Assembly: GCF_009914755.1 (NCBI RefSeq)
Contig: NC_060934.1
DNA from: the human T2T-CHM13v2.0 reference genome, Homo sapiens
DNA length: 64,000 nt
Strand: one strand, 5' to 3'
Part shown: positions 1-10,800 of the stretch, one piece after another
Numbering within the stretch: position 1 is the stretch's first letter
Layout: each line of letters begins with the position of its first letter
Translations under genes and position numbers: made by a program
The notes under the pieces: model-generated
Seen by the model: the letters and a program-made list of their open reading frames with translations, nothing else
Database searches by the model: none
What the model was told of the DNA's origin: nothing

Positions 1-173
1 GTACTCAGCGTGATTATTGAGACAAGAGGAAGACAAAGTGAGAAGACAGAGCCAGTTAAAAGAGCCTTTAAGAAAGGATGTCAGTTTCACAGGAGAAATA
101 CACGTTTTAAGAGAAATTTGCTTTTAGGTCCTCATGTAAGAGGTGCTGAACATTTTATAAAATACGGAAATAG

Positions 174-510
174 GGCTGGGCATGGTGGCTCACGCCTGTA
201 ATCCCAGCACTTTGGGAGGCCGAGGGGGTCGGATTATCTGAGATCAGGAGTTTGAGACCAGCCTGGCCAACATGGGGAAATCCCGCCTTTACTAAAAAAA
301 AACAAAAAACAAAAAAACAAAAATTAGCTGGGCATAGTGGCGTGTGCCTGTAATCCCAGCTGCCTCAGGAGTCTGAGGCAGGAGAATCAATTGAACCTGG
401 GAGGCAGAAGTTGCAGTAAGCCGAGATCGCACCACTGCACTCCAGCGTGGGCGACAGAGCAAGACTCCATCTCAAAAAAAAAAAAAAAAAAAAAAAGAAA
501 AAGAAAAGAA
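174..510 (+). mobile_element. Alu SINE (AluS-like), full length
   Basis: GGCTGGGCATGGTGGCTCACGCCTGTAATCCCAGC start, dimeric structure with A-rich linker, long A tail. Confidence 0.97.
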
Positions 511-599
511 ATCGGCATCATTTGAATGCTTCCCTATCTGTGCCTGCTGTGAGTGCTGATGGCAAAATATCTATTAGATTATTGAGGGTCTGGAAGGGT

Positions 600-603
<4 letters not shown>

Positions 604-648
<45 letters not shown>

Positions 649-652
649 TGTG
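604..652. repeat. (TG)n microsatellite
   Basis: ~21 uninterrupted TG units plus degenerate tail. Confidence 0.98.
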
Positions 653-1189
653 TGTATTTGTGATGTCAGGGAGAAGAAGCACAGTTTCCCAAAGTGTTAT
701 TTCACTGTGATGGTAAAAAACAAGAAACAAAAAACAAAACAAAACAAAAAACCGGAAAGAAGACTTATTTGGGTGACATTTAGTGTAATCTCATGGATAA
801 CTTACAGTATACAGTTTGCTTTCTCCAGTTGTTTTTAACAGGGACAGAAGCCCTGGTGAGAAAATGCATTCCCAGTGGGCATTTGTTGCCGACCCTATGG
901 GGACTGTGTGAGAGCTAATCCTCACTCTCAACCTGCCTTTCCCAGCTGAAGTAGGTATTATGTCAGCAAGGGAAATGGAAGCCCCCTTTAACCTTTGTCC
1001 TTTCTTTTAAATTCCAAATTGATATGGGACAGCTCCTATCTTATAGGAAGACAAAGAATTTGATGATGATGACATGATGATGGTAATAATAATGATATAA
1101 TAACAAGTACTATGAGGCTGTGGAGGCAAGCTCCATGGAAGAGGATTCTTCCATGAAGAAGGGTTCTTACCATGAAGCCCCTTCCATGT

Positions 1190-2690
1190 TGAATACTGTG
1201 GCAGAGGACACATTCCAGGCTTAAGGAATATAGTAAGAAAGTTCATGGAGGTGGGGCAAGTACATGGAGCTTTGGATACCATTCTAAGAAGTTTGGATTT
1301 TATAAAAATGGTAGGTCATTGAAAAATTTTGAGGAGGGCAATTCATGATATAATCTTCCTTATGTTTTAAGAGGCTATTTCTGTCAACAGTGTGGAGCTG
1401 TGTTGTTTAAAACAGTAGCCACTAGTCACATGTGGTTATGAAATGTGGTAGTGAAAAAATGTGGGTGGTCTGAACGGAAATGTGCTGTAAGTATAAAATA
1501 CACACTGGATTTTGAAGACTTGGTACAAAAATATGTAAAAATACATCAATAATTTTTATGTTGATTACAAATTGAAACTATTTTTGGTATCTTCAGTTCA
1601 ATAAAAATTAAAGTTAATTTCATTGGTTCCTTTTTATTTCAATAAAGCTACTAGAAAGTTTAAAATTTCCTGTGTGGCTTACATTACATTTCTATTTGAA
1701 GGTGCCAGTGTGGAGGCTGGCTAGGAGAAGGAAAGAACCGAAGACCAGGAGAAGAGAGGAAACTATTGCAAAACCTTAGGCAAGAGATGTTGAGGGTCAG
1801 ATATAAGGCAGTGACTCTAGGAATGAACAGGAGAGGAGTGGTAAAAAAAAAAAAAGGCTTTTTAAAATAGGACGAGACAAGAGTTTTTATGGGTGTGGGG
1901 ATCCAAAAGAGGGAGTCAAGCTTGCAAGTCAAGTGTCTAGTCTAGGTGACTAAGAAGATGTTGGGGTGATGGTTTTAGGTTTTGCTGCATATGGGTTTCA
2001 AGGTGAACACATAACACGTATGAAGCAATGAGGAAGTCAGGTGTGAAGCTCAAGAGGGGATGTGGTGAAGTTGTAGATCCAGGAGTCAACACCAGGAAAT
2101 GGTAGTAGAAGGACAGAAATGGGCCTGATCTCCGGGCTCATTCAGACAAGGAGAAAGGGAAAACAGAATGAGAGCCAAGCACGGAGAATTGGGGAAAATG
2201 ATGGAGGCTGGGGCTCAGAATTTAAGATGTGGATAAAAGAGGACAAGCTTGACTGAGGCTGGCCAGGGAGGACCCAGAAGATCCTAGTACCATGTAGATC
2301 AAAGGAGACCTTTTCAGATGGGACAAGTTTACACATGCGGGAAGAAGAGGTTGTTGAGTGAGGCTGTCAGGTGTGTTGGGGTAGGCCTTTGACTGAGTCG
2401 CCTAAAAGCAGATGTCAAATTGCAAAAAGTCCAGGAGTGAGGAAGAGGATACTGTGGGTTCAGGTGAGAACTACTGGGAGAAGTTTGGGCACTAGAGAAG
2501 GCTAATGGGGACTCGGAAGCAGGGGGTTGGAGGCAGGGGGCTGGGGGTGGGGGCAGGGGCAGCTCAGGGCTGAGGGCAAGGATTTTCAGGCAAAGGGTGA
2601 AGGAGGGAGAGGCTGCAGGTGGAAGAAGACTATAATTGATGGGAGCAAGGCCAAGAAAACGAACTGGTGCAGGAGGCATGTGAAAATGTC
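1190..2690 (-). mobile_element. Degraded L2 LINE, interrupted by MER33
   Basis: Purine-rich sequence resembling antisense L2 (AAGTTTGGATTTTAT, GGCAAGAGATG, CAAGTGTCTAGTCTAGGTGACT); boundaries approximate. Confidence 0.65.
1398..1707 (-). mobile_element. MER33 hAT-Charlie DNA transposon
   Basis: Matches reverse of MER33 consensus (GTAGCCACTAGTCACATGTGG...TGTGCTGTAAGTATAAAATACACACTGGATTTTGAAGACT); perfect 8-bp TSD GTGTGGAG at 1390-1397 and 1708-1715. Confidence 0.88.
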
Positions 2691-3389
2691 ACACTTGCGG
2701 GAGTCTTTCCTTTTTTGTTTGTTTTCAAACAAAAGCTTTTAAGCTACATCTCCTCAAGCCCATCCCAAGGATCCAACTCTGCCCGGGTTCCATCTGGTAG
2801 GGCCTTCTTCAGACAGGAGAGACAGAAGGAGGCCCCTCTCAGAGCGTCTGCCTCTTTTGCACCCGACTGCTCCTGCTCAGAGGCCGCGGGAAGCTGCGGG
2901 GACTGGATGGTGCACCTCCCCAGTGCGCATAGGACTTGGGAGACCACACTCCTCCGGGCTGTGTGAGCCTCGGGTCCGCCCAGATCTCTTATACTGTGGC
3001 ACCTCCGCCCAGAGCCTGAAGAGAAGAGCAGCACCGCGTCCCTCCCGAACCCCGAGCTTCGGCTCGGGCTGCAGCGCCGGGCCTCCTCCGGCAGGGGCGC
3101 TGGGAACTCGCGGATGGCCGGCTCTCGTCCAGCGCCCGATCCCGCGCCCACCTGGGCCTGCGGCGCTGGAACTTTTCTTAGGAATACCCGCTACTCCCTG
3201 TCTTTGGAAACCCACAGATGCCAGGACCCGCACCATTCTGGGCCGGACGTTGTCGCTGGCTTGGTTCTTTGGCCCAGCCTCCCCCGCTGCTAATTGCCAT
3301 TTTGGCACCGGGTGGAAAGGCAAGTTCAAGAGGGCGGGGGCTCTCGGGAATCGCTGGATGTCTTCTTCCTTGGCCAGCTTAGATTCTCA

Positions 3390-3740
3390 GTCGCCTCTTC
3401 TGCCTCCTCCATCCCTCTTGGCTCTTACCTGGCGCCCTTTCGCCTCCTCTTCTATCTCCCTCTTCCTTTTGCACCATTCTCTCGCCCCTTTTCTCCTTCA
3501 TCTTGTCTTTCCTCTCTCCCCTTTTCCCTCTATTTTCTCCTTCATTCCTTCCTCTCACCTTTCTTTCCTCTCCGCGCATTCCCCTCCCTCTCGCTCCACT
3601 TTAACCATCTTCTAGAGAGGAGGAACTCTATCTACTCCCGAAGGGGAGGAGCAGGGCTGGAGGCTGTCTCTCTCTCCCTAAGCCTCCTCCCTCCTGCCTG
3701 CTCCTTTCTTAATAGCTCCTCCTCTAGCTCCTCTAGTCTC
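3390..3740. repeat. CT-rich polypyrimidine low-complexity tract
   Basis: Almost purely C/T on + strand, especially 3440-3600. Confidence 0.85.
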
Positions 3741-4379
3741 AGACTTTTCAACCCCTAGAATCCCAGGGGCTTCTCGGAGGCGGCGAGCTACACCACATGT
3801 CCTGGGGCCTGTAAACCGCAGCTCGAGGTCGTCTGTGGGTTTAGCTCATTTCCCTTCAGCCCACCTGAAGTCTCCTTCTTCCTACGGTCACGAAGGATCT
3901 CAGCTGCACCAAGCGCGCAGGCTACACTCCTGCAGTAGCGGATTGGGGACCAGATAAGCCCACGCGGCTCCCGCCTGAGTACCCTCTTAACTGGCGGCCG
4001 ACACTTTGAAACAATTGAGTCCGTTCAGAAACGGACTGGGGAGAGTGAGGGCACGACCTCAAAATCCTAGGCAGCAAAATGAGGTCTGGATCCTCCCTGG
4101 AAGAACAGACATCTCGACTACTCTCTCGCCCCACCTCTGGCCGGGAGGTCGGGGCAAGGAGAATCCCTCAACCGAGAAGATCTGGCAAGTCCCCGATCCC
4201 ACCGGGGCCTTCCGCCTCTTTTCCCTCATCCCCTAGGAGGCTTTATCAGGTTCTAACCGCTTGTAGTGGGGGCCGTGGGTGCTCGGGGCGCCAAGAGGAG
4301 GGGGCTGCCGAGAGCGGCCTGCCTAGTTCTCAGCATTGCCTCTTTGACCACTCGCAGGCTCCTGGAAATGCAAACACAG

Positions 4380-5402
4380 CCCGTGCGTGATCCGCACGCG
4401 ACCAAAAGCCGAGCGCACACCTCCCGCCCCCGCCCCACTTGCCATCGCTCACACTAACGTGCACACATGCTCGTGCAAACGCGCACGCACGGAACCGCGC
4501 GCCCCCTCACACCCAGCCGCGCTCCCGGCCCGGCTCAGCCAGGTGCCCCCACGCGGCAGCGCCCGGTCTGCCCGCCGGCCCCCTGCGAACCCCTCGCCTC
4601 ACGCCCGCCTGCCTGCGCGCACGCACGCGCACGCACGCATTCCCCACGCCCCCGCGCGGGGGCGCAGGCCTTGGGTGGCGGGGTTTGGCCGGGAGCCGGC
4701 CGGGCCAGGGAGCGGCGAGCAGAGTCCAGGGTGCATCCCGCGCTTGGCTTCCGTGCGCAGCCTCCCCGCGCGGAGGCACCTGGCTCCCTCTCGGCTCTAG
4801 AACGCGAACAGTTGGCGTTGAGCACACAACTCCTCCTCCTTCTCCCCCGAGACCCCTGTACCCTCCCCGCGCGCCATCTCCCGCCCCTCATAACAGGCCC
4901 GAAGAGTAAACCCCCAAACGCGTCCAGAAGCGGCTCCCAACTCTTCGCCGGGAGCACTTTGGAGGCTGGATTTCGGAGAGACTCGGGATTGGGGTCTATT
5001 GCCGGCCTCTCCTGGATCCGGCTTGATTTTCATATTTTAAGAAGATTTTCTTATTACCTTTGATTACTCCTTTTTACCAAATTTCTGGAGGAGCTCAGTG
5101 GGGAGGATTGGGGGGAATCTGATTTTAAGAAAGAAAGCACCGAAGGGGCAATTATTAATTTTCCTCGGGTTTGGAATCACCCTCTGGACAAGAGAACGGG
5201 CGAGCGGGAGCTAGGAGGGAAGAGTGGAGAGGACCGGCGAGGCGCGCCAGCCGGAGCCACCTCCTTCCCGGCCGCCCCCTCCCCACTCCCCCTACACACA
5301 CACGCTCGCTCGCTCGCCGGCGCGCGCACACCCCCCGCGCCGGACCCGCACCTCGGCGGGCGCCACACACTCGGCAGCCCGAGCCGCGGTAGCCGCAGCG
5401 GG
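4380..5402 (+). promoter_or_regulatory. SORCS3 GC-rich promoter / 5' UTR
   Basis: GC boxes (CCCGCCCCCGCCCC ~4423-4437), NRF1-like GCGCACGC repeats, directly upstream of an ATG in strong Kozak context; TSS cannot be fixed from sequence. Confidence 0.75.
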
Positions 5403-6029
5403 ATGGAGGCGGCGCGCACGGAGCGCCCCGCAGGCAGGCCGGGGGCGCCGCTTGTCCGGACGGGGCTCCTACTCTTGTCGACGTGGGTCCTGGCCGGCGC
5501 CGAGATCACTTGGGACGCGACAGGCGGTCCCGGACGCCCGGCGGCCCCGGCTTCGCGGCCACCGGCGTTGTCTCCACTCTCGCCGCGGGCAGTGGCCAGC
5601 CAGTGGCCGGAGGAGCTGGCGTCGGCGCGGAGAGCCGCCGTGCTGGGGCGCCGGGCCGGACCAGAGCTGCTGCCCCAGCAGGGCGGCGGCAGAGGCGGTG
5701 AGATGCAGGTGGAAGCCGGAGGGACATCACCGGCAGGCGAGCGGCGGGGCCGGGGCATCCCAGCTCCTGCCAAGCTTGGCGGCGCGAGGAGGAGTCGCCG
5801 GGCGCAGCCCCCAATCACCCAGGAACGCGGGGACGCCTGGGCCACTGCTCCGGCCGATGGTTCCAGAGGAAGCCGTCCCCTTGCTAAGGGTTCCCGGGAG
5901 GAGGTGAAGGCGCCGCGGGCTGGGGGGTCGGCGGCTGAAGACCTCCGGCTGCCCAGCACCTCCTTCGCGCTGACCGGGGACTCGGCCCACAACCAAGCCA
6001 TGGTGCACTGGTCGGGACACAACAGCAGC
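5403..6029 (+). CDS. SORCS3: Sortilin-related VPS10 domain-containing receptor 3, coding exon 1 (aa 1-209)
   Basis: Translation MEAARTERPAGRPGAPLVRTGLLLLSTWVLAGA...STSFALTGDSAHNQAMVHWSGHNSS recognised as SORCS3 N-terminus; hydrophobic signal peptide; furin motif RRSRR (5787-5801); SorCS motif AHNQAMVHWSG; Kozak GGG-ATG-G; phase-0 donor AGC|GTGAGT (the ORF track reads into the intron to 6068). Confidence 0.97.
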
Positions 6030-6035
6030 GTGAGT
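6027..6035 (+). other. SORCS3: 5' splice donor of SORCS3 intron 1
   Basis: AGC|GTGAGT, GT at 6030-6031. Confidence 0.95.
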
Positions 6036-7784
6036 ACCCACCCGGCGGCGGGTCCGCCTGTTTCCTGACACCGAAGGGGAATGGGGGGGTGGGTGGGAGC
6101 GAGGGACAGATAGTTGCTCGGGGGTCGAGGCGGGGGACGCCTCGACTTTTCGAGATAACAGGTTTGTCCGATTCCCCCCACGCCCCCAACAGGTTAACGG
6201 AGTTTGTTGTTAGACGCTGTGTGTGTTTGTTTACTGGAGACCCTAGGCTTCGGCCGCCGGGAGGGGAGTGGAGGAAGGGGCTTCTTAAAGATGAGTGGGG
6301 GAGGGATCTGTGCTCACTTTCTCCAATACTTGGCTTGGAGGGTCAGTTTTCCTGTTTGCGGGGTGCTTGAATTCTTGGATGAGAAAAAGGGCTGACTTGG
6401 GGCGGGAGCCGCTGAACAGACCGATTCCTGCGGCTGCCGGGCTCCCCCTACCCCCACCCCACCCCCACCCCCCCTCCCGTCACGCGAAAGGGAACCCGGA
6501 AGGCCATTCGGACTCCCAGCCTCCTGCTCGCCTCGGGGTCGCTGCTATCCGCTCCAGGCGCGCAGTCCTCCAGCCCAAGAGGGAGGCTCGGCCAAGTCGG
6601 CCCCCAGCCTTGGCCTTCAGGTAACCCCGGTTCCTCCTTCAAAGTCCAGGGAGCGGCCCTGGAAAGCCGTAGCAGAGGCCGTAAAAAAAAGTTTAAAGCG
6701 TGAAGCGAAATTCCACACCCATCCAGCGCTCATGCCACACCGCTCGCCCTCACGCACGCACAGGCACACGGAAGTCGCTCAGCAGAAAACTCTCGACTTC
6801 ACCATTGCGTCCTGCGCCACAAACGGCTCCCTGAGCGGAGTTGGGTGCCTGAGCTTCCTGCACACCTCTCCACCCGCTTTTCCCCGCCACCGGGTTCTCC
6901 TGGACAAGGATGTACCGAGAGGTGGCGTCGTTGAGCCCGGTCTGGCCTACTCCGGCATTCCGAACTGGGCGCCCGACTGAGCATCGCGCCTGCCTGGCAG
7001 CTGCAGCGGCCCGCAGCGCGTGCCCGGAGGGGCTCCCCCTACCTCGCCGGCACCCAGCGCTGTGCAGCCAAGCAAAGAAAAGGCGGGGGACAGGTTCCCA
7101 CCATCTCCCCGACTTCCCTCCCTCCCGCGGTCCCTACTTGAGCCAGATTTGGAAAATCCTTTCCTCTTCTCTGGCTCCATGGTTCAGATCAGAACCTGGC
7201 GTTGGGTAGGGTGCACGCTCCAGGCGGAGGATGACGGGTGTCTGTACAAGCAGCCTTGGGGAACTGATTTGATAGGAACTCACCCCGCAACTCCCTGCCG
7301 TTTTGTATTTCTCTTCATGACCGGTGTTTGACAAAATTTCTCTGGGAAATTTTTGCCTTATTTTAACAGAGCCTGGGATGTCCAGGATTGGGTATCTAAT
7401 AAGAGGAAAGCGAGGGGTCCGCAGAAGGTAGCACATAAGCAATACCAAAGTGCAGATTTCTTGGTTTCTAATGATGCATAGCGCGGGCAGCCCAGCCTGG
7501 GTAGCCCATGCTGGTCTTGAAGGACTAGTGAAGTCCAGCTTCGCAGCAGCGCGATGGCGGGCTTCATCTGCCTGGGATGAAGACCCCCGTAGCCTCGGGC
7601 TGACAGCTCTGGCGAGAGGGGTGGACAATGTGTGCCTTTGCAGGGCTGGGTGATTGAAGACTTCCAAGTCCCTTCCAAGAGGACTTGGATATGTGTGTGC
7701 TGGGGGGAGATTCTCTGACCTCAGGGTTGATTCTCTGACAGCAGGGGTTGTGAATCCCAACTTCATTTTAGTTTGATAATTAGG

Positions 7785-7786
<2 letters not shown>

Positions 7787-7820
<34 letters not shown>
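7787..7820. repeat. (GT)n microsatellite
   Basis: ~17 GT units at the CpG island shore. Confidence 0.98.
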
Positions 7821-7821
<1 letters not shown>

Positions 7822-10800
7822 GGGGTTCTTACTTGGTGAGGAGGATGGATGGATGGATAGGATGTGTGGAAGTAAATATATCCTAGGAAGAGGAGGATGT
7901 AATGTCTTTACATCTGTGGCTTCCCTACTGCCACATTAGGACAATATAAATTCACCCTCCCTGAAGAGTTTTTCTGTGTCTCTGCTTTTATTTTAAGGAT
8001 TATTTTTGAGTATTTACAAAGCCTCTGAAGATGGGACTTTAGAGAAAATGCTTCCTGCAAATAGCAGTTAACTGTGCATGGCCTTCTTTGCTCATCTTCA
8101 AAGCAGTTGTGCAGCAGAAGAGGTGAGGGGCAGGTCTGGCCCGTGCTCCCTGGGGAAATGACTCTTCAGTCAAATGACGGCCAAAGGGGCTTGGGGACTG
8201 GAGCAGTTGGGCTTGGAGACCTTGGTGACAGCAATGAGATTGGACAATGTATGAACAGCCCACAGGGACTTATTGGTTGTGCTCTTGGCCAGCCTTACTG
8301 CCCATGCAAGAGCACCACAGGTGGATGTAGGGCCACGCACTGTCCTCTCTCTCCAATCTGGGGAATAACTGCCTCTTTAGCCCCTAGGCTGGACCTGTCT
8401 CTTCTGACCACATTTTGTAGGCAATACGAGAGAGAGATCCTTGATTATCAGGTCTGTGAGCCTGTGTAAAGAAGATGGAGAAGCATACTCACATGGCCCT
8501 GTCTTTGAGACTTTAAGGAAATCTCCTGGAGAGTCACTGGGAAACCAGTTTCAGCAACATTGACCCAGCTGGTTTTTCTCCTGTCCCCCTTTCCTGATGG
8601 CAGGAAAAGAAGGTGTTGTAAATAAAAGCCAGGGTGAAGAGTGATGGGGATGAGGACACTTTGGGAAGATTCCTTCATCATTGGTTTCAAAGTGGAGGGA
8701 GATGTCCGTAAAACAGAGAACATGGGGCCTAGCTCCAGGCTCTTATGACGTGGAAAGAGAATTTTATCTTTTATTCTGGCTTCTGGAGTATTAGACATGT
8801 CCTTATTCAGGAGGCCACCAGTTTAATTTTTAACACAATGAGGGTTTCCTTGCTCTTCTTCCAAGTGTCTCTGATGCACCTGATTGCTTGATATGAGTTC
8901 CCTTTTGGGGAGCGTTTTCAGTAACCCTATGAAATTGAAAATTGAACTCCATTCTGACTGAGTTTACAGTCAGGGATGCAGGGTGGGACATGAAGGAGAA
9001 GGGCCTTCAGCCCACCCCATTGGTCCAGTGTGTGCCCCAGGTGGTTGAGGGTGCAGGAGGAGACCCTTGACCAAGGCTTGGGCTGGGTATTTGCCTTGGT
9101 CCCAGGACTGAGAAGAGATGGCTTTGGGGGCAAAGGAGAAGGAGTGCAACTGGCTTTGGGCAAAGGAATCAGGAGGGCATGGGATCTGGGTACCACCTCT
9201 TGACCATGTTGCCTGCCAGGTGCTCTGGCTGGAAAGTGAGTGGACTTGGCCTTGGACCCTTTACTCTGGAGGAGCGATTTGCTATTTTTTCTCTCCAGTT
9301 GCCTCCAGCTGGAATCCTGGTGATTAATGGGTTAGAGAGTGTTTCAAAAACACCCAGAGGGAGCCCAGTCCCCGTGGCTTACAGGGAAACAGAAAAACAC
9401 ATTATTCTGTCCTTTTCCTTCAAATGAAAGAAGAAGCCTCCCTGCTTGCTCAGTGAGTTGGCAAATGGCTCTGGAGAGTGGAAAGTTGTGAAGGCACAGT
9501 CCACTTCTCCACACCCCCTCCTTCTTGGATTAACCCTTCATGGGGCCCCCATTCCTGGTGCCAAGGTGAAAACACTGCATCTGCCCTCACATTGGTCTTC
9601 ATTTCCTTCCAGCAGCGCACTCGAAGTGGCAGCGATTTGCAGGCTGCTGCCCCTGCAGTGTATCTGCTTGGAATACTTGCCAGGTAGTTCTCAATTAATG
9701 GGCCCAACACTGCATCTTGGTGAAGAGAAATGGGGAGATGCTGATATTTCTAGGCCCTCCCAGATCACCCTGCCCTGAGCGTACTAGTAGGTGTAACACA
9801 GATTCTCCCAGGCAGGATTTCCTACCCTTAACTAATTCAGCTGGACTGTGTTCTAAAATATTTACTCCTAATGTGCAAAATAGTGACAGATTTGATCAGA
9901 TTAATTGTATTTCACTCACTGGATCATCTAATTGTGGCTCCCAAACAGATTTTTCAAATAGCTTTTGGCTGGATTGCTTGTCTTCATCCTCCCTGCTCAC
10001 AGTTCCTGTGTCACAATATCTTAATGCATTCTGCCTTTTTGGAGGCTTAATAAAGAAGCTTGCCACAGAAGCCATTCTTCAGGGTTTTGCCAAAAAAATT
10101 GTTTTCAATTAGTATTACAAGGGGAAACCATCTCAGTTGAGATGTAGCTGGGAAATGCATGGGGACATAACGGTACTAATTGCTCCTGGTCATTGTTGGT
10201 CTGAGGGGCCGTAGGGAGAGGAGGAGCTGGGCACAGCCTATTTATCTGCTCTGTGATTTCTCTGATGGCTGGATTACAGGATGTGATTTCCTTCTCAGAT
10301 CCTTCAGTGATTTCCAAGGTGAGCAGAAGTTGCAGATTCCTTAATTGGGAGGCCTGATTTAATGATTACAGAAATGCAGTGGCTGGAACTTGCTTTGTAG
10401 CTGGCAAAGAAGGAATGCCCGGGAGTGGCTTCTCCAGTGGTGTTGGATTTAAGGGAAAGGGAGGGTGACTTCAGTGGCAGGAAGGCTCAGTGGACAGAAG
10501 GGAAAATTGCTTTTTCTTTGGGCTGTGTAAATCTATTGTCAGTGAAGGAATCCTGGAACTGGATGATCTGTGGGCCCTGAATCATCTCATAAGGAGCAGA
10601 GAGGTGCAACAAAGCAGACACTCTGTGATAGAAAGATTTGGCTGGAGACTAGTGGTTTATCCAAGGCTAGGTATAGATTGGCTAAGTCACTTAAGGCCTG
10701 TGGCTTGACCTACCTGTTGATTTCCCGCTTTCTGCCTTCTTTTGGCCTCTTGGCTGGTTTGAGACACTTCCCTTACAGGGAGAAAATGTCAAAGGAGGAT

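Larger units (their letters stand above)
2880..7620. promoter_or_regulatory. Large CpG island spanning SORCS3 promoter, exon 1 and start of intron 1
   Basis: High GC and dense CpG, in sharp contrast to CpG-depleted flanks; no interspersed repeats recognised. Confidence 0.93.

Noticed and set aside
6030-6068. C-terminal VSTHPAAGPPVS of the 221-aa ORF
   Set aside because: Read-through into the intron beyond the GTGAGT donor
5177-6181. 334-aa antisense ORF and other long ORFs in the CpG island (2857-3615, 4467-5063, 5224-5907, 7134-7766)
   Set aside because: Stop-codon scarcity in GC-rich DNA; low-complexity P/R/A/G translations, mostly non-ATG starts, no recognisable domain
6605-6626. CTTCAG|GTAACC as a recursive splice site
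   Set aside because: Weak pyrimidine tract, non-GTRAG donor and very close to exon 1
6915-6930. CTCF-like CCGAGAGGTGGCG
   Set aside because: Partial match in GC-rich DNA where such hits are common
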